The translations under genes were made by a program, and so were the position numbers. This document shows, one piece after another, positions 17,248-26,196 of a stretch of 64,000 nt of DNA. The DNA is from Glycera tridactyla. Its lineage: Eukaryota. Each line of letters starts with the position of its first letter. Positions within the stretch are counted from its first letter, which is position 1. The stretch covers positions 51,770,001 through 51,834,000 of the forward strand of contig OZ286477.1 in assembly GCA_965644265.1 (NCBI GenBank), written 5' to 3'. The notes below the pieces were generated by a model. That model was given only the letters and a program-made list of their open reading frames with translations, did no database searches and was not told the DNA's origin.

Positions 17248-19077
17248 TTAGAAACAATTATTTGATGTATGCCCTGGCTTTAAACATGCTTCACAGACAG
17301 GTGTATTTTTATCTATTTTCTTATTATAATTATTATATGTTCCAGGCCCAGGCGTGCCCCAGGAGGGAGGACCGGACGACGAGTTCGAACTCTGAGTCAA
17401 ACTGGTGAGTCTCTTTTTACAGTCCCTTGCTATATGGCCTATCTTACCACAATGGTAGCATGTGATTTTTCTTCTAGTTTCTTGGTCCCCTATTGGTCCA
17501 TTATTTATTAACTCCCTTATTGCGTTCAAAAGTTCTTTGTTTTCGGGAGGTTCTTTCTCCTGTTTCTGAGGGACCTTTTGGTCCTCTTCCCTTTCTTTTA
17601 TTATTGGCGTAGTCGATATGGCTGCTACTTTGTCCGTTAATTGCTGCATTTGTTCTGGTAAACTGGATAGTGCCTCTGAACTGGGCAATCTTTTATCCAA
17701 TTTATCCATTACTACACTGATAGTCGCATCCATTGTTGACTCCGTAGCTATTTCTTCTAAATTTCCAGCAGTTTCTGCTGCTTCTAATACTGAATCCACG
17801 GTTAATGGATTTGCCATCAGCATGTAGTTTTTAGCAACTGGGTTCAACCCTGATAATATAATACTTTTGTATTCACCAAATTGCGCCTGATTAAAGGCTT
17901 GCCCTTGTTTCAATTTGAATAAAAACCTACATTTATTCACTATCCTCATACAAAATTGTTTAGGTGTTTGTGCTGCACCTTGTTTGGTTTTGTACAATTT
18001 AGCCCTAAAGGCAGGCTCACTGTTTCCTTGTACACAGTATTCTGCAAGGAATCTTCTTTCTATTTCCTCGAAAGAAGTGTCTTTTGTCACATGGACAGTG
18101 GAGTACCATTGCTTCACTGAGTCACTAAGGTTAAATGGAAAGTGTCTGACCTTTTCATAGTCAGACAGTCCGTGTAATGCACAGTATTCATTGAATAGGT
18201 CCAACCATTCAATGGGATTGTTTTTGGCTTGAAATTGCTGTACCTTGACTAGACTCTTATCCTTCACTACGAAGGTATGTTGAGCTTGTGGCATAAAATT
18301 CGGTGGTTGTGTAGAAGGTGGGCCATGGATGGCCATGTTATGTTCCACCAGTCCTGTTTTGGGACGGGTACCTGCCCCTAATGGGACGTCCCTAGGCGTG
18401 CTTGTCCTTGCACCAAAAGATGTGTGATTAATATTCGACAAAAATGGATCATAAGTTTCTGGTATATTGTATGTGTAGCGAGGGGGAGGGTAATATGCAT
18501 TGTCAAAAGAATGTAATTCACCTGTTCTCTTTTGAGATGGGTTTCTTCTCGTGAATTCCCCTGGCGTGATTCCTTGATTCATATTCTCCTGTGTCATAAT
18601 CCCTGTATTTCTGCTTTCTTGTAGTGTAATCCCTGAATTTCCTTTTTCTTGTGGTGTAATTCCTAAATTCCTGTTTCCCTTTTGTTTCAGAGCCTTCGAA
18701 AGCCGTCTATCCACAATATCCCGTACGGACTCCTCATCGTCACCATCATCACTGCTTAGATCCCCACCATCCTCTGCTTCCGTGTCCTCTTCATCGTCTT
18801 CTTCAGCCGCTTTTTCCCGATCTTCTTCATTTTGCCGCTTGTCAACGTCTTCTGCAGCTTCTTCGCCATCTTTTCCTGCAATTTCTTGATTTTTGGACAA
18901 TTCTTTCCCTGCTTTCTTCGTATTTTCGTCATCAGACATGCTTGCCTGCGCTGCTTGACTTTTAAATGTCACCTCACCGCTACTATCACCTTCCATATCG
19001 CCTAGCTCTCCTCCTCCAGCCCGAACGATCGTCGTCGAACGTGGCGTGTCCGTATACGCTTTAGAAGTCTGTTCCAT
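17248..19077 (-). CDS. gag: Gag
   Basis: Acidic N-terminus, capsid-like PIEWLDLF...QWY region, two CX2CX4HX4C knuckles (CYHCGKIGHIARDC, CEACLKPGHTSNNC), PPPRY at 18475-18489, and four 10-aa repeats (N-x-GI-x-x-[Q/G]E) near 18560-18680. Confidence 0.9.
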   Translation of the reverse strand: MEQTSKAYTDTPRSTTIVRAGGGELGDMEGDSSGEVTFKSQAAQASMSDDENTKKAGKELSKNQEIAGKDGEEAAEDVDKRQNEEDREKAAEEDDEEDTEAEDGGDLSSDDGDDEESVRDIVDRRLSKALKQKGNRNLGITPQEKGNSGITLQESRNTGIMTQENMNQGITPGEFTRRNPSQKRTGELHSFDNAYYPPPRYTYNIPETYDPFLSNINHTSFGARTSTPRDVPLGAGTRPKTGLVEHNMAIHGPPSTQPPNFMPQAQHTFVVKDKSLVKVQQFQAKNNPIEWLDLFNEYCALHGLSDYEKVRHFPFNLSDSVKQWYSTVHVTKDTSFEEIERRFLAEYCVQGNSEPAFRAKLYKTKQGAAQTPKQFCMRIVNKCRFLFKLKQGQAFNQAQFGEYKSIILSGLNPVAKNYMLMANPLTVDSVLEAAETAGNLEEIATESTMDATISVVMDKLDKRLPSSEALSSLPEQMQQLTDKVAAISTTPIIKEREEDQKVPQKQEKEPPENKELLNAIRELINNGPIGDQETRRKITCYHCGKIGHIARDCKKRLTSLTQSSNSSSGPPSWGTPGPGTYNNYNKKIDKNTPVCEACLKPGHTSNNCF

Positions 19078-19092
19078 TGTATCATCGACAGC

Positions 19093-19102
19093 TTCTCCAC
19101 CA
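19093..19102 (-). promoter_or_regulatory. Primer-binding site, tRNA-Ala type
   Basis: TGGTGGAGAA lies 2 nt inside the 5' LTR end and is complementary to the ...TTCTCCACCA 3' end known for animal tRNA-Ala. Confidence 0.75.
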
Positions 19103-19104
19103 TA

Positions 19105-20027
19105 TATTATGACGGGCTACCGGTCTGTTGTAGTATATGCTGCGTGGGGCGGTCGAGGGTACGGATCACCAAATTGCTCGCGCTCTCCTACGTTTCTTCC
19201 CGATGTCCAATATGCTTACAATAAACGATGTGGAGTCCACTTCTTCTTCTTGTGTTTTCACTATGAATGTCTAGTGTTAGAGTGTCACTATATTTCACAA
19301 GAGTTCCTGTACGTGGGGGTAAGATGTATACGAAATGTAACACAACTCGCTTGAATAGTGATGCATAAAGCAGGCTGTTAAGCTCTACTCAGTGAGGTAC
19401 TGGATCTTCATGGAGTCGATGTCGTAGCCGTCTGTCTGGTGGTCCGTCCCCTTCCTTGCCCCTGGGTATAACGTCTGGTAGTGCCCGAATTGCAGTACCC
19501 CGATTTCTCGATTTTCTGGGGATTTTATAGTAAAGTGAGGTATGCCGTTTCTAAGCATATCTCGGCCAATTCTGACGTGTGAGTGGCATGAGTCATATTG
19601 GTGACTAATACGGTGTCCGACATGATCGGGAGGTGCATTCCTCACCGTCTGGGACCATTTTTGGGTCCCTGAGACCCGGCAGTGCCGAGATATTGACCTA
19701 CAAAACCTACGTCACTTGACTACAGTAAATAGGTCAATTTTGACGTAGGACCGGCAATTTGGCTTGTTCAATGCCTTATATAGAATGTTCTTGACCATTT
19801 TCCTAGAAATCCGGTGGTTCTGGCGCTTGTAGCTCGTATGATAGCCGCTACTGCGCTTTGAACGTGGTACCCCCTCTAGGAAGTATTGGTCTATTAATAT
19901 TTGCAGCATCAGACTGGCCATGGGCTAAGCCGCGCTCAGTCTTTTGCCCGCTAGCTTTCGTTCCAATCGGACGTATGTATGCTAGCTCTACAGGAATCAT
20001 ATATATCAAGTGAGTGGCTCCATAATA
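19105..20027 (-). repeat. 5' LTR (TG...CA core 19110-20022)
   Basis: Direct repeat of 5281-6203, adjacent to the PBS and gag. Confidence 0.95.
19776..19782 (-). promoter_or_regulatory. Candidate LTR TATA box
   Basis: TATATAA on the - strand (also at 5952-5958 in the 3' LTR); motif match only. Confidence 0.4.
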
Positions 20028-20057
20028 TATATATATATATATATTTATATATACATA

Positions 20058-20134
20058 TTTTTTTTTTTTTTTGTAAATAAACTTCAGTCCGAGTCTTGTC
20101 ACGCACGGGTTGGGATGTCTCGCCTCGTCCTGTC

Positions 20135-20135
<1 letters not shown>
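20058..20135. mobile_element. Short second insertion inside the right-flank TA tract (T15 plus 63 bp)
   Basis: Sits between TA runs (20023-20057 and 20136-20168) and is absent from the empty site at 58658-58680. Confidence 0.55.
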
Positions 20136-20168
<33 letters not shown>

Positions 20169-20298
20169 GATATAGCTCATATATGTGTGATACATGACAT
20201 ACTTAACCCCATGGGTTGATGGATTCAATTAAACTCCAACTAACTAACCATCCAAACATTTTGTCTCCTGTTTCCCTCGCCCTTTATTTCTCTGTACA

Positions 20299-20300
<2 letters not shown>

Positions 20301-20363
<63 letters not shown>

Positions 20364-20384
20364 ACACACACACACACACACACA
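20301..20384. repeat. (CA)n microsatellite
   Basis: About 41 CA units with one CGTG interruption; paralog at 58807-58852. Confidence 0.95.
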
Positions 20385-23165
20385 GGGGATTGTCAGACAT
20401 CACAGAGTTGCACAACGGTGCATGATGACCTTTCACGTTTTACCCATTGTGGGCTTCTTTTTGAGACAAGTAGAGGACATGATGCCCCTGAATCGACTTG
20501 AGTTGAGGCACTTTCCCAAATCGAATGAACTCATTTTGAAATATCTCGTGTGGAAATCTCGAACATCCTGGTATAATATGGATGCAACCCTGCTTGTTTC
20601 AGAGGAACCTTACTGCACATTCTCACATGATTATTTCTTACTCGGATATTACAGAGTAAATTGCCAAATAGAAAAACAATCGAATGCCCCATTCTGTCTG
20701 GTATTCCTTTGGATAGCATGTTGGCGATATTTGTATAATGGTGATCTGAGTGATATTCTCCACCAAACTGTACTTTATTATAGCCCGAATATGTAGTAAT
20801 GAATAGGGTTGCATTCTGAAAGGATGGGGGTATTCCACACATTTCATCGGTTTCGGCTCTGATTTAAGGCATTTAGGAACCACAATGCCCCTACATAATC
20901 ACATGGGCATCACAATATCTCACATTTGGTGCTGATGTGACATTAAACCAAAACCAACCAACCCCCAAAATCTGCAATGAAATTGCAGTTTCACGTATTT
21001 AGTAACCCTTTTTTGGGGGGGGGGCTGTTGGGTAACGCCTCCTATCTCAATTTTGGACAGTGGAGTTACTCAAAACAGCGTGATATCTATTCTTATTGTA
21101 ACTTTTGTTTTCATACTGGCCCGTGTGTACTGTAAGGATATTGACCGTGATTAGTTAAGATGAGTTCATAGTTCCATTTTCATGCTGGCCTGCCTATAGA
21201 TAATGCTATAAATAAATGTGAATTATGAGTGAATTCCTTTTTGAATGGGGTAGGCCTGCTTAGTGGGTATGGAATTGGTATCTTTAATCATTTAGCCATT
21301 TTTCATGTAAACATTTTAGTTGTTGATTTACAATGTTCTCCTGGATCCCATGTACAGTGAGTCTGATTTCAGCAGAGTGCAAAAGCGTTATGGTGGGAGG
21401 ATGTGAATTGGTCGGGAGAATAAGAAACCTCGACAAAAGTCGGATTGGTGGGACTCGGTAGTAACTCACATTACTACACTGATGAATTGGAATTTGTGTC
21501 TTAGTTATGCATTATTCACACAATTTCAGCCATGAGCTAACCTGGTTTCAGCCTGTTCATTTTTTTCTAACTTAGACATATTTTGAGAGCGATTTTTTTC
21601 CCTGCTCCTGAAAGGAGAGTGGCAGTGAAAGTTTTCTGTGGGGAATGTTCAACATGTATTGTTGACTGATATTCACTCATGAACACAGTATAGATATTCT
21701 TATATATTATGATATGATTAAACCAAAGAAATATCTGGGAGGAAGAAAGATGCGTTCCATGGATCACCCCATCTTAAACCTCATTCACTTCATTTCCATG
21801 TCTCATCTTCACTGGCTCAAAGTTTCAAGGCACGTGAATTAATCAGAGTGCCTTTCTGATACGAATAACTAAGGAAAACCTTAATCCTAACAAGGGGAGA
21901 AATCTGTGGGAGTCATAAACCAGGGACACATGGCATACATAATACTTTGGATTGATACCAATCGGTAATCCTCAATGGAACAAAACAACCACCCTACCTG
22001 ACTGAATGACATGTCATATAGAGAAAAGGGACGTAATGCGCAGTGGAAGAATACTTGAATAAAAAAATTTGAGACTGTATCTGCCCCATCTCCCTATGCA
22101 TTTGCCCTAATTTTTCAAATGCTATGATGTTCACATGTTAGGACTGTCCTTTTTCATAACGAATGTGCACCGTGTAGAAAAATAGAAGCATTTTCACGTC
22201 CGCAGGAATAAGATGACACTCATGAAAGACAGCCAGTGTCGAATGCCTCAGTCAGTAACCTGGAGATTGCAGCATTTGGTACTACCTTAGTTTCTGCCTT
22301 CCGCCTGAACTGACATGATCCATACTGATGCTGGGATTCAATTTTTCGAACCTTTGATTATTGACGTCCACTTGCTTATGACACTTGCGAATAGTCAAAA
22401 TCCAAATAGATGACATAATTCTCTGCTTTTCAACACAAAGTAGGAGAATTCTAGTCTTCCGTGAACTCCATTGTTGGGAGTAGCAATTCATGCCGAATGT
22501 ATATCATGGGTCAACCATTGTTCTAGCTTCAATTTCTTCTATCAGCATATATTCACTCAGTTTTGTGTGTCTTGTTTTCTCTGGGAATAACTCATATTTA
22601 TTCAGTTAAGTATCTCAGTTTGCCCACTTCTTATGTTTTGAAATAAATAAATCAATGTGTTCACAATTACGTAATGTTGTTCCTTTATGGCTGAAAGTGT
22701 CCCTTCATCTGGATCATCATGTGTGTAAGAGTGAGATCAAGAAAACTTTTATTGCATAAGAATAATACAGATCACATTAGACCTCAGGGAGGGGGGTCGT
22801 ATGACATGCTCATGCAAACATATACAGAACTTAGATATATCAAGGGAGTAATAGAACATCGTAGGTGACTGGAGACACAGAATAAAATTGCATCAATGGG
22901 AGGCAAGCTTGACATAAACATTGGATAAATGATCTGAGATATAAAGCGGCTGGCAAAGCCAAGAATTACTACAGATTCAACCCAGGATAATAATTGTAAT
23001 TTTCCGGGCCTACAAGATAGTAGACTCCGATTTTGTAGACTCAAATTACAAGGAGTATTAAGATGTTTATCATGTGTTTGAACACATGGCTCTCATCCAT
23101 GGTCTCTATCCCCAGGTCCTGGTGGAGATTTTGTGGTAGAATATTGCCTTCTGAGCTCATCAATC

Positions 23166-23408
23166 GTACAAAGGCATTTATTTGGGCTACCTGCAGCCTG
23201 TCTTGGGGCATCAATCATATATGTAGCCAGGATCAGATAACAAAGGATACATGATACTATGGTATATAAAGAGAGCCATCTTCCTGGTACAAAGGCATTT
23301 ATTTGGGCTACCTGCAGCCTGTCTTGGGGCATCAATCATATATGTAGCCAGGATCAGATAATGAAGGATACATCATACTATGGTAGACAAAGAGAGCCAT
23401 CTTCCTGG
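23166..23408. repeat. 121-bp tandem duplication specific to spacer A
   Basis: gtacaaaggcatttattt... recurs at 23166 and 23287; it is single-copy in spacers B, C and D. Confidence 0.9.
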
Positions 23409-23559
23409 TTATTGAAGGGTGAATTTAGTATAGAACTCCCCTTTGAAAGTTCCCTTTACATATGATTTATTCAAGTTGATCCTCAAGAGATAGGCTGGGA
23501 TCTAGTATAACGTCGAGAAATTTATATTTCACTACTTAATTTTCATGTATTGTCAGTTT

Positions 23560-24270
23560 CGAAGTCTCAAGGCTGTTCCAGATAGCATCGAATTTGACTT
23601 TAATATGTCTAGGCTAAGCTTTAACGAGGCAAACTATACAGAGATGTTGGACAATTCACTGTTCGATATAGGCTAAATTTTGTCGATAGAATATCTTGTG
23701 AATAACAGGGCTGTACCATCCGCCTAAGAATATGGATGACAGAAGTTAATTTGTTGACCGATTGCATTGAGGTGTATGATAAAAAGAAGAGGGACTTAAA
23801 CGAAGCCCTGGGCCACATCATAATCCACTCGCAATGGATGGTAAATAGGGCCCAATTTTAGTGGACTGTGTACAGCCTGATGGGTATGAACATAGCTAGT
23901 TGGTACTAGTTCGGCTGTATCCTAGCTTAGAGAATATATATGATAGCTTTTCACATTTCTTGTATCAAATGCCTCCTTCAAGTCCAGGAACAAGACGCCA
24001 CTCAGCATCCTTTCATAGGATGACTGACAGCTATCATCTAGGTAGCCAGCCAGGCAAGTCCCAGTGGAGTATCCCTTTCTGACCCCAAATTCAGCCAAAT
24101 TGTGTCAATGTGTCAACAGTCTTGTTATTGCCATGTACATTTTATCGATGACAGGCCTCTCAACAAGCGTGCCCAAGACAGACAAAAAAGAAATCAGCCT
24201 AAACTTGATGGTTCATGATTTTGGGTATGGTGGAAAGACAGTTATAAGTGTCCCTACAGATTCCTTCTGA
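23560..24270 (-). pseudogene. Degenerate non-LTR (CR1/L2-like) reverse transcriptase fragment
   Basis: - strand translation gives LVERPVIDKM...EFGVRKGYSTGTCL...GVLFLDLKEAF and downstream PQG-like and NKLSL-like remnants, with stops. Confidence 0.75.
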
Positions 24271-25392
24271 ACAAGAAACACTTTAAATGCCTCCGTAGTT
24301 GGATGGCCATAACATGTTTATGACCTCTATATGACTTTGCCAACTATCTGCAGGTAACTATGAGTCGTTTTTCGGCGATCATTGTTCAATTAACCTATTG
24401 GAGGTACAGTAATCATGGTATAATCAGGAGAAAGTGTCCTATCTTGAAACAAAGTGGTCCTATCTCGTAGATTTCCAAGTTAATAGCTAAACAAGGTCCT
24501 TATCGATACCTTAAGTGGGTTGTTAGAGCCATCAAACCAGGACACCCAATACCTGTGAACAGATATTTTTTTTTTCACCTCTTTTCTTTCCCTCTGAGCC
24601 TTTCTTATTTCTTCAGTGATAGGGTCCTAGCTGTAGGTGGGTCCCTATGCAAAAAGCAGGTACCAGGCACACCAGTTCTGGATTATTTTGGCTGCGACAA
24701 GTGGTGCACTTCGTTTAAAAAGTAAACATCGCTATTGTGCTTGACTGTCAGCTTCCAGGCAACCTACAGACTTGTTTCTGATATCCTTTGTGACTATGTT
24801 CAAATAGTTATACTCTAACTGAAATCGGATCAGCCACCCTTTAGATCATGCTTTTATGTGAAACTCATACATTTTCATATTTTGTCTGGGGCCCAGATAG
24901 TGCTCATGGGACATGAAACAAGCAGGCAACCAAGTGCCATAGGAGACTATGAATTTGTTGCTCCATATTAAGTGGCAATTCTGTGTGACAAAAAGTCCCC
25001 AGTGTCAATGACAGTATCTGATATTGGGGAGTAATCTGGATTTCGTGGTTGTTAAGATTAGATGGTACAGCCATGGAGCCATTTCACGTGGCCTTCACTC
25101 ATAATCTTGGACATTAATGAGGAATTTTTGCGACCAGCCCTATTTGAAGCATCACCCATTCCCTTCTCTGGGAAATGATCCTTGTGTCTCAAATGTGAAT
25201 GATGTACCAAGGATAATCTTGTTTCTCATACCAAAACCCGAAAATGACATTCTCATGCCCCCATTTGACCTGGTTTCCTGGTACCATTCCTGACCACTTT
25301 TTTTCCTGACATTTATCTCGAGGATATATCAATACCAAGCTACCAGTCAAATATTCATAGATCCTGACGGTACGAAGTGAACTGGAGTGATT

Positions 25393-25550
25393 GGGCCCAT
25401 TGGACTAGTATTTCACGAAAAATAGTTGCTTCACGGCCGATTTTCTCCGGGCAGTAACTAGTTCATGGTCGTGGGTAACGCTTGCAGTGGAATGCAAATG
25501 ATAGTTGACGATTTTTTGTGCTACACGAAACCGCCCCGTTGAATGGGCCC
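25393..25550. promoter_or_regulatory. CpG-containing, GGGCCCATT-bounded segment with an octamer, candidate ZNF promoter
   Basis: Inverted GGGCCCATT ends and ATGCAAAT at 25492-25499. Conserved at 38196-38353 (octamer 38295-38302) and 51159-51316, 0.65-0.9 kb upstream of each ZNF ATG. Confidence 0.3.
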
Positions 25551-26196
25551 ATAGTCTTTAAGGTCTATCAAATGCTGATTTTGATGTCTTCATGATATTT
25601 GGTTGCAGGTCTGGCATTGAACTTTTAATTTACTGCATAAAGTTTGACAACTACTATTGGAAGATACCTACAGAGATACCGATCATTGATCAACCGCCTG
25701 GAAGGAAATGTTGGCTGGCATCACAAGATTCCATATCATCATCACCATCCACATTGGTGTGATTGCTTAAGACTTGCAGAAAGAAGTAAGATTCTGGGTA
25801 TTCATCTGTATGGAAAGACATTCATGATAGATATTTCAGTTTATTAGTGGAGGAGATTGAAAATCTCATCTATGCATGCATGCATGTTCATCCATCTGAA
25901 GTGCATGAATACGCAAGCGAGTGCCTATATACTTTATCCTTAGTTAAGTAGCTGTAGAGAGAAACATATGATCATACCTGGTTTGTTGTCATGATGACGT
26001 ATGTCTATTTTACTCTTAGAAACTGCCAGCCTTCAGTATATATGATGCTTCTTCATGTAACTTGCGTCCATTGTTATGGTCTTATTATTTCTTAGCTCAG
26101 TGATTTTGCTGTGTATATTTTTTTCCCGTGTATTGACACAGAGGGGTACCTTCTGCTATCTTCTTGAATTCATGAACAAGCCTAATCAGCTCCATA

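Larger units (their letters stand above)
5281..20027 (-). mobile_element. Env-encoding Ty3/gypsy LTR retrotransposon (endogenous retrovirus-like), ~14.7 kb
   Basis: Two ~920-bp direct LTRs, a PBS, gag with CCHC, DTGA protease, and PR-RT-RH-IN order (gypsy type) followed by an F-type env. The empty site is visible in copy D (58640-58690). Confidence 0.95.

Noticed and set aside
19385-19645. 86-aa ORF inside the LTR (also 5561-5821)
   Set aside because: GTG start and no recognisable motif; the duplication is only due to the LTR.
20216-20425. HT-repeat ORF (and 58728-59060)
   Set aside because: Translation of a (CA)n microsatellite.
25393-25550. GGGCCCATT-terminated MITE
   Set aside because: No convincing TSD and present in every complete upstream region; kept only as a possible promoter.
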